Counted from the stretch's first letter, positions 1-7,919 are shown. The stretch: 44,169 bases of DNA from a virus (IMGVR_UViG_3300042140_000185:1-44169), one strand, 5' to 3'. Notes: a model not told the origin generated them from the letters alone. Program-made: numbers and translations.

Positions 1-214
1 GCCTGTTGATTTCCTTGCTCGCCAACTCCGCAGATTCGCAAGCCGCCTTCCAGTCCGCAGCCTTCTCGGCCTCGCACCCGGCAAGCGCGGTCCGGTACTC
101 GTCTATGGTAGGAGAGCCGCTCACAATAAGCCTCGCGTTAGGGTTGCAGCCGCGAGAACCAGCGGATGCAGGAGACATCGCCTTGCCGTCCTGCGGTGTA
201 GTTTCGTCACTCAT
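1..214 (-). CDS. Hypothetical cassette protein, runs off window (MSDETTPQDGKAMSPASAGS...)
   Basis: ATG at 214 with AGGAG RBS, both inside attC-like site 1; frame open to position 1; not in ORF track. Confidence 0.7.
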   Translation of the reverse strand, partial: MSDETTPQDGKAMSPASAGSRGCNPNARLIVSGSPTIDEYRTALAGCEAEKAADWKAACESAELASKEINR

Positions 215-242
215 GCGATGCTCCTGATCCTGCGTGTTCTCA
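153..242 (+). mobile_element. attC-like recombination site 1
   Basis: CGAGAAC-N5-GAT[G]CAGGAG[A]CATCGC...GCGATGCTCCTGATC-N6-GTTCTCA; imperfect palindrome with two extra bases; 90 bp. Confidence 0.85.
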
Positions 243-446
243 CTGCACCGTTTCGCGGATAGCCTGCGGGCTATCAGTTTCGCGTTTCGCGAAAGGCCGC
301 AACCTCTCAAGCAGGCTGGAGATATGCGGCCCGTCGCGCAAGGCAACGACACCCACAGCGGCAACGTATTCCAGTGCGTCAAACTCGGCTTCGGTGATGT
401 TCATTCCATGTTCCAGAACGCGATCCCGCCGGGATCGCTGTGTCAT
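240..446 (-). CDS. Hypothetical cassette protein (start 446 or 404)
   Basis: 3' part of ORF 240..653; stop TGA lies in the R' box of attC 1. Confidence 0.55.
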   Translation of the reverse strand: MTQRSRRDRVLEHGMNITEAEFDALEYVAAVGVVALRDGPHISSLLERLRPFAKRETDSPQAIRETVQ

Positions 447-464
447 GTTTCGTAGCAAAAAAAC

Positions 465-552
465 TGAGAACCACACGATGCAGCGGACCCGCGATGCCGT
501 CTGCCGGAATTGTAAGTCAGCGGTCGCGGGCCGCTGATCGCTGGCGTTATAC
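465..552 (+). mobile_element. attC-like recombination site 2
   Basis: TGAGAAC-N5-GAT[G]CAGCGG[A]CCCGCGA...TCGCGGGCCGCTGATC-N6-GTTATAC; 88 bp. Confidence 0.85.
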
Positions 553-846
553 CTTGTTGCGGCAGCACCCATCGCAGCCGTGAATGTTTCTGTAGCCTTG
601 TCCAAGCCTCTGCCAGTACGCCGCGTCATCTGGGTCTGGATGCCCGACGCCATGCTCGCAGATTCGCTCCATCTGGCCCTTGTCGGCCCGCCACCGCATC
701 GGCCACTCTCTCATGTGGTGATCCGATGGATTGTGGATGCAGCAGTATTCGCCAGCGCATTTCGTTGCGTCATGCGTCACAAGGTTTGCGGGCGGTTTGG
801 CAGAACCAGCCGATGCAACGGACGGCCCTGCTACGTCATGCGTCAT
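547..846 (-). CDS. Cys/His-rich putative metal-binding phage protein (cassette gene)
   Basis: CCIHNPSDHH...RICEHGVGHPDPD...HGCDGCC; ATG inside attC 3; stop TAA in the R' box of attC 2. Confidence 0.75.
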   Translation of the reverse strand: MTHDVAGPSVASAGSAKPPANLVTHDATKCAGEYCCIHNPSDHHMREWPMRWRADKGQMERICEHGVGHPDPDDAAYWQRLGQGYRNIHGCDGCCRNKV

Positions 847-888
847 GGTGAGTCCTGCGGTGGCCGCCGTTGATCTTCCGTGTTCTGG
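800..888 (+). mobile_element. attC-like recombination site 3
   Basis: GCAGAAC-N5-GAT[G]CAACGG[A]CGGCC...GGCCGCCGTTGATC-N6-GTTCTGG; 89 bp. Confidence 0.85.
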
Positions 889-1267
889 AATCTGGAAAAT
901 GCCCCCGCCCACCCGCCGCCAGGGCGTTGTCGGCCTGCGGTGCGTCTGGGGGCTCGCCTCCACCGCACTCGCTGGCCGGTGACTGCCGCTCTGCGCTGCG
1001 GTTTATCTGTCCGCCGCTGGAGCCGGGTGGTGGCGTTACGCCGCCAGCCGTAGTCCGCGAGGGCACAATCTGGCTGGCGTCATGTTTCATATTGGAAACT
1101 CCAAGTTTTTCGTCGTTTTCCTCATATGATCTGGCTCGCTCGCGGAGCATGGCGTCGGCGGCCTCGTAGGCAAACCGCGACCAGTAGTCCCACGAGCGGT
1201 CCTTGTCGGTCGGCGCGGCCAGCAGCCCAGTCAAAGCCGCAGCGGCGAAGTGGTCGCGGTCTGTCAT
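836..1267 (-). CDS. Conserved phage hypothetical (RDxFAAxAxxGLLA...AYxxADAML type) with low-complexity tail
   Basis: MTDRDHFAAAALTGLLA...AYEAADAML; ATGA overlap with the upstream gene. Confidence 0.65.
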   Translation of the reverse strand: MTDRDHFAAAALTGLLAAPTDKDRSWDYWSRFAYEAADAMLRERARSYEENDEKLGVSNMKHDASQIVPSRTTAGGVTPPPGSSGGQINRSAERQSPASECGGGEPPDAPQADNALAAGGRGHFPDSRTRKINGGHRRTHHDA

Positions 1268-1491
1268 TTCTCGCTCCCTCTCAAGATCGCCCCGCACGGT
1301 TCCAGCAGCGACAGCCTCATGTTGTCGGAGTGCTCGGCGAACGCCATCGTTTGGCGAATCCAATAGTTTCGCTCGGCCCTGAGCCGCTCGATCTCTGTCG
1401 CCGCGTCGTGGCAGTCCCAGTAGTGCTGCTCGTCGTCGGTGCCGATCATGTCAGCGCGGGTCTGACGCAGTCTGGTGGCAATGTCGCTCAC
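1264..1491 (-). CDS. Small phage hypothetical (SDIATRLR...EIERLR type)
   Basis: GTG start, GGAGGAGG RBS, GTGA overlap. Confidence 0.6.
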   Translation of the reverse strand: MSDIATRLRQTRADMIGTDDEQHYWDCHDAATEIERLRAERNYWIRQTMAFAEHSDNMRLSLLEPCGAILRGSEK

Positions 1492-1703
1492 CCCTCCTCC
1501 ACATACCGCGTCGTGAACTTCGCTAGCTCCTTCGAGAACGCCTGAATCGACTCCGACAGCATGAACGTCGCCAGCGCCAGGCCGTCGGCACCCGCCTCCT
1601 GCGCAAGGGCCGCATTCGCTTCGGCCAGGTCGGCGACCGTCCGAAGCGTCGATGTCATCACGAGGAGCCGCCGCAGGATGTCCGCACGCTCGTCTGGCGT
1701 CAT
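1488..1703 (-). CDS. Small helical hypothetical protein
   Basis: MTPDERADILRRL...; 4-nt overlaps at both ends. Confidence 0.55.
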   Translation of the reverse strand: MTPDERADILRRLLVMTSTLRTVADLAEANAALAQEAGADGLALATFMLSESIQAFSKELAKFTTRYVEEG

Positions 1704-2263
1704 GCTTGCTGCCATTTGCCATGGGCGTCCTTCTCGAGGAGTGTCGGCCAGAATCCAGCACGCGAGGCCACCAGCAGCATGTGCGGGTGGAAGACTGCGA
1801 CCGTGCCGCCGTTCTCGTGCAGCACGCTGGCCTTGAGGCCCGAGGCCGCGTAGGCTGCGACGCCGCGGAGCCGGTAGTCCTTTCGCACGAACGCCTTCAG
1901 CGTGTCGTGGTCGCACCATTTCTCCGTCCTCGCCCACCCGACGATCTCGGCCTTGTCGAGCTTCTCGAGCTTCTCGAGCTTCTCGACGATGGCCTCAAGT
2001 TCGTCGGCGATGCGGTCGATCGCGTCGCTCCGTGGCTTGTCTGACGCGACTCGCTCCGGCTGCGACTGCCTCTCTTGCAGAAGGCTCTCAGCCTGCTCTT
2101 TGTTGACGAGCCATCGACCGCTCGTTGAGTGCTGGAAGCCGTCAACATCGCCGTCAGCGATCGCCTGCCGGAGAAGTTTGTACTGCGGCGAGTGCGCCGC
2201 TTTTTTGTCCCTCTGTGGGTAGTCGTAATCCGCGAGACTGACATAACCCGGTATCGTCGTCAC
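1700..2263 (-). CDS. Hypothetical protein, possible excisionase-like N-terminus plus short coiled coil
   Basis: GTG start, GGAGG RBS; LRQAIADGDVDG...GRWLV; LEKLEKLDK encoded by a 9-nt tandem repeat at 1956-1986. Confidence 0.6.
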   Translation of the reverse strand: MTTIPGYVSLADYDYPQRDKKAAHSPQYKLLRQAIADGDVDGFQHSTSGRWLVNKEQAESLLQERQSQPERVASDKPRSDAIDRIADELEAIVEKLEKLEKLDKAEIVGWARTEKWCDHDTLKAFVRKDYRLRGVAAYAASGLKASVLHENGGTVAVFHPHMLLVASRAGFWPTLLEKDAHGKWQQA

Positions 2264-2460
2264 TGCTTCACCTCCCATGTGTAAACCGCTTCCCTGCCGC
2301 CATTTCGATAGCCAGTGACCCGATACAGACCGCCACGCATCGGCCAAAACACCTTGACCTGATCTTGCGTCATCGAGCACCACTGGAGGCCGTCGATCGG
2401 CCCGCCGATGAATATCGGCGTCACGAAGTAGGCTGGTTGTGTGGTCGCGTCGCTACTCAT
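2260..2460 (-). CDS. Small hypothetical protein with GGPxDG motif
   Basis: FIGGPIDG; coupled to neighbours. Confidence 0.6.
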   Translation of the reverse strand: MSSDATTQPAYFVTPIFIGGPIDGLQWCSMTQDQVKVFWPMRGGLYRVTGYRNGGREAVYTWEVKQ

Positions 2461-2560
2461 CGCGCATCATGTACGGAATAAGGCTCGCATAGAAGCAGCC
2501 GCCAACGATCACGAGGAGCGTGGCGATGTTCAGCCAAGCGTGGATCGCGCTGTCGATCAC
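2453..2560 (-). CDS. 35-aa single-pass membrane peptide
   Basis: GTG overlaps csrA stop; GGAGG RBS; hydrophobic WLNIATLLVIVGGCFYASLI. Confidence 0.55.
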   Translation of the reverse strand: MIDSAIHAWLNIATLLVIVGGCFYASLIPYMMRDE

Positions 2561-2721
2561 TTCGCCACCTCCTTGGGCTGAAGCTCCGTCCTGACGATCG
2601 GCACGTCCGGCGGCGCCTTGATGGCAAGCCGGACGTTTCCGTCGATGATCCGCGTGACCATGACCTCGATGTCTTGGCCGATGCGGATTTTTTCGCCACG
2701 GCGGCGTGTGAGGACGAGCAT
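2557..2721 (-). CDS. csrA: Carbon storage regulator CsrA/RsmA (54 aa)
   Basis: Hand translation MLVLTRRRGEKIRIGQDIEVMVTRIIDGNVRLAIKAPPDVPIVRTELQPKEVAK; AAGGAG RBS; below ORF-track cutoff. Confidence 0.95.
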   Translation of the reverse strand: MLVLTRRRGEKIRIGQDIEVMVTRIIDGNVRLAIKAPPDVPIVRTELQPKEVAK

Positions 2722-2736
2722 GGATGCTGACTCCTT

Positions 2737-2898
2737 TCAGCCTTGGTAATACCGCTTCCTCAGATGCTTCTCTTCGGCAGTCCACTGCCGCTGGAGCTTC
2801 TTGCACTCGATGCGAATCGTGATCGGCGTCGGGTCCGGCGCCCGCTTCGCAAGCCCGCCGCGCTGGCCGAGGTTTTCTTTGAGGCTCATGGAATCCAT
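2737..2898 (-). CDS. Small basic hypothetical protein (start 2898 or 2889)
   Basis: Fills the gap in a - strand operon. Confidence 0.5.
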   Translation of the reverse strand: MDSMSLKENLGQRGGLAKRAPDPTPITIRIECKKLQRQWTAEEKHLRKRYYQG

Positions 2899-2920
2899 TC
2901 CAGTTGTGGTGTCGCGTAGC

Positions 2921-3409
2921 CTAGCCGCCAGTCTGTTTCGACGCAAGCCAAGATTTCGCGGCTTCGCGGACGGCCTCTAGCCCGCATTTATCCGCGGCCC
3001 AGCGGATGTAGTCGATCCTGCCAGCCTCGGCGACCTCGTCGAGCGTCATCCCGACGAACGTATCGCGAACCCCTTGCGGGAGCCGAAAGACATCTTCCTC
3101 CACGACTACTGGCTCGTCTTCCTGCTTGACAGCATCGACCCACTGCCCTGTCCCGCAAAAACAGCACTCGATGTACCAGCGGCCCCTGTCCTCCGACCAG
3201 ATGTCGTGGCATTCGGCCTGGCATCGCTCGTCAAGGCACTTGTAGGTGTGGTCGATCGTCCCAAGGGCTTTCGGAACCTGCGTTGACGACGCCCTCGGGC
3301 GGTGCGTGAAAACTGGCTCATCGACGACAGCCTTGGTGACAAAGCGGCGGCTTTTGCCCTTCGCTCTCCGCGGGTCGTCGGTCGGCGAGATGTCGAAAAG
3401 AAGGCTCAT
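2921..3409 (-). CDS. Hypothetical protein with Zn-ribbon-like Cys pairs and DUF3820-like C-terminus
   Basis: CLDERC...CCFC; FVGMTLDEV...DYIRWAA. Confidence 0.6.
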   Translation of the reverse strand: MSLLFDISPTDDPRRAKGKSRRFVTKAVVDEPVFTHRPRASSTQVPKALGTIDHTYKCLDERCQAECHDIWSEDRGRWYIECCFCGTGQWVDAVKQEDEPVVVEEDVFRLPQGVRDTFVGMTLDEVAEAGRIDYIRWAADKCGLEAVREAAKSWLASKQTGG

Positions 3410-5055
3410 AGCGGCAGCCTCATCTTGTAGTCGGCGCCTTGCTCGGTGGCGATGATCAACTTCCGGCGAGCCCGCGTGACTCCGACGTACTCAATCCGCC
3501 GCTCCTCGTCGTGCTGGCCCGCGTCGATCCCCTGGGCCTCGTGGATGCGGCGGCTGATCGTCGTGGAAAGCACGACCGTGTCTGCCTCCATCCCCTTGGC
3601 AGCATGGATCGTTCCGACCCTAATAGCGGGTCGTGACGCCAATTCTGGGCCGTACTTCTCCGCGGCCCGACGCCACCTGGCTGCCCCGTGGAAAAGTTCG
3701 CCCCAAGCCCCTTTTCGCAGCTTGTCGGCGAACTCTGGCTTCATCCCTGTGTCCTCAAGGTCGGCAGGGAATATGACCTCCCACCGCTGGAGCGTATCCT
3801 CTCGGCCCCATGCTGCCTTCGTTCCCTTGACCATGTTTCCTGTCGCCGGCAGCAAATCCACCGCAGCCGCGAAATCGTCGGAAGCTGCTGGATTGCCGTG
3901 CTCGATGTCCCACAGGGCATTTGCCGCCCGCAGGAACTTCGTGTTGTCCTTGGCCTTGAGTTTTGCGAACGGCAGCCGCTTCTTCGCCAGCACCGCCTCC
4001 CATAACTCCGCTGTGTAGTTGCAGCGGGCGACTATGAGCGTCTGGTCGGTGGCCGACAAGCCGGCTGCGACTGTCTCGGCGTACCCTCCGCGAATGACCT
4101 CGCCAGAATGGTCGGCTGGCGCGATCCCCCTGTCCCAGTAGCCCTCTCGCATCCTCTTCAGGCAGGCTTCGCCAAGATCAAGCACCGGAGCCGGGCATCG
4201 CCAGGTTTTCGGCATGATCCGCTGCTTGTCGGCCTTCCAGGACATGAATAGGCGGGCATCGGAACCGCCGAAGCCAAAAATGCTTTGCATGGGGTCGCCG
4301 GCCAGGTACACCCATTTCACGTTTTCGCCGCTCGCCAGCCGCCGGCAGCACACATCGACCAGCGGCGAGGCGTCCTGCTGCTCGTCCATGACCCATGCCC
4401 GCACGTTTGGCGGCAACTCGCCCTCCGGGTCGGTTTCCTCGAACCCCTCCGGCATGAACCGAATTCCTCCGAACCGTGCCAAGAGGTCCGTGAAGTCGCA
4501 GCGGCACTCAAGCCGCTTCGCGGCCTCGTACTTCTCAATGTACTGCTTGCAAGCCGCGTAGGATGGCACAGAATCGCCCAGGCGGGCCGCTCGCAATATG
4601 GTGGCCTCCAATGGCTCCATTCTTGATCTGGCCTGCTCCCAGGCGTTCAGGGCCGCCGCGGCGGCCTTCTCGCCAGTAAAACGCGCGTACCCGCTGTCTT
4701 CGTCAATGATCGTCCTGACGTTGACGCCGAGGACTTTCGCGATCCACTCGGCGGAAGCCTTGCTGTCGTCAAGCAGGTCGCCCTTTCTGACGCCCAACTG
4801 CCGGTAGGCAATCGAGTGGACGGTCTTGAACCAACCATCTTTCGCCAGCACGTCCGGCGGCACGTTCCAGTTGCCGCTGGCCCGATCGACGGCCTCGGCA
4901 CGAGCGGCGCGGGTGAAACTCGTGAAGCCAATCGAAAACGGGCTCCCGCCTAGCTGTTTTTTTGCGGTATCAATCACGCCCATCAATTCCGTCGTCTTCC
5001 CAGTGCCGGCACCGCCGACCAACCGTGCTATCTGTGCTGCCATTGTTTTGACCAT
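3406..5055 (-). CDS. UvrD/Rep-like SF1 helicase (start 5055 or 5043)
   Basis: GGAGTGKT, DEQQD, GDPMQSIFGF, TIHAAKGMEAD, YVGVTRAR. Confidence 0.92.
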   Translation of the reverse strand: MVKTMAAQIARLVGGAGTGKTTELMGVIDTAKKQLGGSPFSIGFTSFTRAARAEAVDRASGNWNVPPDVLAKDGWFKTVHSIAYRQLGVRKGDLLDDSKASAEWIAKVLGVNVRTIIDEDSGYARFTGEKAAAAALNAWEQARSRMEPLEATILRAARLGDSVPSYAACKQYIEKYEAAKRLECRCDFTDLLARFGGIRFMPEGFEETDPEGELPPNVRAWVMDEQQDASPLVDVCCRRLASGENVKWVYLAGDPMQSIFGFGGSDARLFMSWKADKQRIMPKTWRCPAPVLDLGEACLKRMREGYWDRGIAPADHSGEVIRGGYAETVAAGLSATDQTLIVARCNYTAELWEAVLAKKRLPFAKLKAKDNTKFLRAANALWDIEHGNPAASDDFAAAVDLLPATGNMVKGTKAAWGREDTLQRWEVIFPADLEDTGMKPEFADKLRKGAWGELFHGAARWRRAAEKYGPELASRPAIRVGTIHAAKGMEADTVVLSTTISRRIHEAQGIDAGQHDEERRIEYVGVTRARRKLIIATEQGADYKMRLPL

Positions 5056-5135
5056 CTTTCCAAGGGGGTGTAAAAAACGCGGTAGACGCAAACCGTTGCA
5101 AATCAAGAACTTGCGTCACGAAAACCATCTTTCCA
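5051..5135. repeat. 12-bp direct repeats flanking a 33-bp imperfect palindrome (candidate ori or recombination site)
   Basis: ACCATCTTTCCA at 5051 and 5124; GACGCAA...TTGCGTC at 5085-5117; AT-rich. Confidence 0.5.
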
Positions 5136-5143
5136 GAAATCCA

Positions 5144-6880
5144 TCACTTTTTTTCGAATTCAAAATCGACCTCCTCGTGAATAGAAAAGGCGGTTTCGGC
5201 TTCAGCCCCGAACTCGCCTGCCGCAAGGCTCTCCAGAGCCCGCAGGTGGGCCGCTGTGAACCGGACGAAGCGGCGGCTGCTCCCGCCCTCTCCTGGCCCC
5301 CTGGAGGCCGGCAGGGACTTCTGGCCGACGGCTGCGAGGATCATCTTCTTGATCTTGAGGATGTCGCCGTCCTCCAGTTTCCGACGGCCACGATCAACCA
5401 TCTCCCACGCCTTCATCCACGCGAACCACAGTTCCCAGACGCCGTCCCGGCCGCGGACCCACGCCGGCATCCCCGTGACATCCGGCGAGCCGTCCTCCTC
5501 CGCGTCGTCGTCCGGCTTCGGCGACATCGAGAGCACCTCAAGCAGCCAGCCGGCCACCGTGGCGAACCGGCAGTTCTCTGCGGTCGCGGCCTCCTGAGAC
5601 GCCTCGTCCATGAGCTTGGCTTTCAAGCCGCGTATCGCGGCCTGCCCCTTTTTCTTCCCCTGCCCGTTCCAGATTCCGAACCACTCCTCTGGCACAGAAT
5701 CGACGATCACCGTGTGCGTCGCCTCAAGGATCGCCTGGGCAACCTTGGCGGCTGACCGAAACGACTCCGCGTTGAGCGGCACAGTCACCCGCACCGTTTT
5801 CTGCTCTTTTCCGACCTCCCGAAACACTGGCACGGTAAGGGCGTAGGAAACCGGGTCGCTGTGGATGACCTTCAGGTGCCACTGCCCAGGCCACCACTCA
5901 CTTCCGTCGTACCGCAGGCCGATGGTGGTGAATGGCAGCGTCTTGTTCTCGCCCTCCGTCGGCGGCTCCGCTCCGTTTTCCATTCGCTCAACGACGGCCT
6001 TCGACTTCTCGACCTCGTCCGCAACGCCATGCGCACGTTTTCGCGTTGCCCACGCCAGTTCGTGCCGGAAGATGTTCTCGATTTCGTCATCGCCCTTCGG
6101 CGGGTTGCACCTCTGCTTGTTCATCGCCTTGATGAGTTCAAGCACGTCCTGCTGCTCTACGGCGTCGTGGACGTTGAGCATATTGATGCACTGACGTGCG
6201 GCGAACCGAACGAGAGAGTCGTGCCTGTCGCCCTCGCCCATCGGCGTGTAGAGAATCTTGTTGGCCGACGGCTTCCGCTCGACAGCATCGCCTCCACCAG
6301 ACTTGTCGCCGGACTCATTGATGATCGCGACCAGCAACTCTTTTGGCAGTTCAGCGACCTCGCAGTCTTCGCAACTCATGCCATCGACCCATGAGTAGGA
6401 TGCACCGCTGAAGTGCGAACTCGGCGGGAAGATCGACTGGGCGCCGCGTTTGCCACCGCCGATGCGAATCTCCAGGCCGGCGAGCTTGTAGACAGCCTGC
6501 TGCGGAAGCCTCCGGTCCCACTTGAAGAGCCGGTGCGTTGACCGCTTCGATGTGAACGTCGGGGTGTATGCCTTGTCGATCCCAAAACGCTCCGCGGTCT
6601 TCCTGCCTTGCTCTGTGTCGAACTCTATGTCGATGATGCCGCTCTTTTCGCCAAGCTGCACGCCGATGTTGTAGTTCTTGACTCCGTCGTACCAGTGAGA
6701 CAGTTCGTCTTCGTCGGTCATCGACTTGTGCTGCCAGGCGTTCAGCACCGGGTGCTTCCCCGGCGTGGCACATTGGTCATTCCGGCAAGTGCATTTCTCG
6801 CCGATTGACCCGTGGCACGGCACGATGTGCCACCCCTTCGCCGCATAGATCGCAGCCCACTTGAACCTTACGTCGCTCAT
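5144..6880 (-). CDS. Bifunctional primase-polymerase (Prim-Pol) with PriCT-1-like domain
   Basis: CTC...CATPGKHP, NIGV, IIDIE, PPSSHFSG.SYSW; EGDRHDSL...CNPPKGDDEI. Confidence 0.88.
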   Translation of the reverse strand: MSDVRFKWAAIYAAKGWHIVPCHGSIGEKCTCRNDQCATPGKHPVLNAWQHKSMTDEDELSHWYDGVKNYNIGVQLGEKSGIIDIEFDTEQGRKTAERFGIDKAYTPTFTSKRSTHRLFKWDRRLPQQAVYKLAGLEIRIGGGKRGAQSIFPPSSHFSGASYSWVDGMSCEDCEVAELPKELLVAIINESGDKSGGGDAVERKPSANKILYTPMGEGDRHDSLVRFAARQCINMLNVHDAVEQQDVLELIKAMNKQRCNPPKGDDEIENIFRHELAWATRKRAHGVADEVEKSKAVVERMENGAEPPTEGENKTLPFTTIGLRYDGSEWWPGQWHLKVIHSDPVSYALTVPVFREVGKEQKTVRVTVPLNAESFRSAAKVAQAILEATHTVIVDSVPEEWFGIWNGQGKKKGQAAIRGLKAKLMDEASQEAATAENCRFATVAGWLLEVLSMSPKPDDDAEEDGSPDVTGMPAWVRGRDGVWELWFAWMKAWEMVDRGRRKLEDGDILKIKKMILAAVGQKSLPASRGPGEGGSSRRFVRFTAAHLRALESLAAGEFGAEAETAFSIHEEVDFEFEKK

Positions 6881-7596
6881 CGAATCGCTCCTTCTTCTCG
6901 CCAGCTTGTTTCGTTCTCCCTCGCCGAAACCAACCGCAATGTCTTGTGCTTGTCGTGATACGATGCCCACCGCTCGCGGAGGGCGTCGTCGGCCATCGCG
7001 TTTCCGCACCGCTCATCAGATCGCGTGGCGACGGTTGCCAGCGAAATCCCCTCGCCAGCCAGAAAAGAGTCGCGCAAAAATGCAAACGTCTTTGGGTAGT
7101 GGTCAACGCGACTGCTTCCCCAGTCCAGCGGCTCGCCGCTAGAGTCGCTCGTGACGCTGCCGCCAGCCGAGAGAAACCGCAGCCGCTTGTATTCGCATAC
7201 TTGGTCGGCCACAGCCCTGCGCATTGCCGATGTCGCGACCGCCTCGGGCTTGAATCCAGAGCAGCACTTCTTCCAACTAAAGTCGATCTCCATGCCGTTT
7301 TCGTAGGCCACGAACAAGTGATTCACGTTCGTTGGCGATTTGCCGTAGAAGCGGTAGCCGTCGCCGTGACGAACTCTGATGCCGATCACCTGCTCCTCAA
7401 GGCCAGGCAATATTTTGTCATCCGGCCGATCGTGCCGCTCAAGGATCAGTGACAAGAAAAACATCGCGTGCGCTGGCTTGACCAGTTCGCCGCCGCCGTA
7501 TCCAGAGATGATCTCTCGACAGTGGCGCTCCAGCGCCGCCTTGGATGCAAACTCCTGGCCTCTTACGATGGCAGGGCTCCGTCCCGCTTTCGTCAT
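6877..7596 (-). CDS. DUF3223 (DCL-like) domain protein with HNH-like C-terminus
   Basis: LILERH..PDDK...DFSWKKC; VDHYPKTF...LRLVSAREN. Confidence 0.65.
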   Translation of the reverse strand: MTKAGRSPAIVRGQEFASKAALERHCREIISGYGGGELVKPAHAMFFLSLILERHDRPDDKILPGLEEQVIGIRVRHGDGYRFYGKSPTNVNHLFVAYENGMEIDFSWKKCCSGFKPEAVATSAMRRAVADQVCEYKRLRFLSAGGSVTSDSSGEPLDWGSSRVDHYPKTFAFLRDSFLAGEGISLATVATRSDERCGNAMADDALRERWASYHDKHKTLRLVSARENETSWREEGAIR

Positions 7597-7607
7597 GACG
7601 CGACCAC

Positions 7608-7919
7608 CTAGTTGCGCGAATAGAAATCCTGAACACACGCCGGAACGTCCGGTCGGCAGATGGGCGATTCGTGATTCAGGACGCACTCGACCATCTGCGT
7701 TTCCGCGTCCCAGATTCCGCGAAAGATCGCGGTAAGTTCGTCGTCCGGCGAAAACTCCCACTGGATGGTCGCTGCGACGCCACCAGCGGCGTCGGCTAAC
7801 TCGAAGACGTAAACGTCGCTGATGTTTCCGGCACCGGGGCATTCGTCCATGACCCTGCCGATGGCCCTGAAAACACTCGACACGCATCGACCGCACGACA
7901 GATCAACATCAATCTCCAT
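7608..7919 (-). CDS. Hypothetical protein
   Basis: AAGGAG RBS; operon context. Confidence 0.55.
   Translation of the reverse strand: MEIDVDLSCGRCVSSVFRAIGRVMDECPGAGNISDVYVFELADAAGGVAATIQWEFSPDDELTAIFRGIWDAETQMVECVLNHESPICRPDVPACVQDFYSRN

Noticed and set aside
411-450. A fourth attC (TTCCAGAAC plus GCGATCCC/GGGATCGC hairpin)
   Set aside because: Too short and lacks L boxes and extra bases; the 9-nt complement to 882-890 may be chance or a remnant
153-888. The three palindromes as CRISPR repeats or terminators
   Set aside because: Spacing is gene-sized, sequences diverge with co-variation, bulges are conserved, and there are no consistent U-tracts
4826-5755. 309-aa + strand ORF
   Set aside because: Antisense shadow of helicase and primase in GC-rich DNA; no motifs
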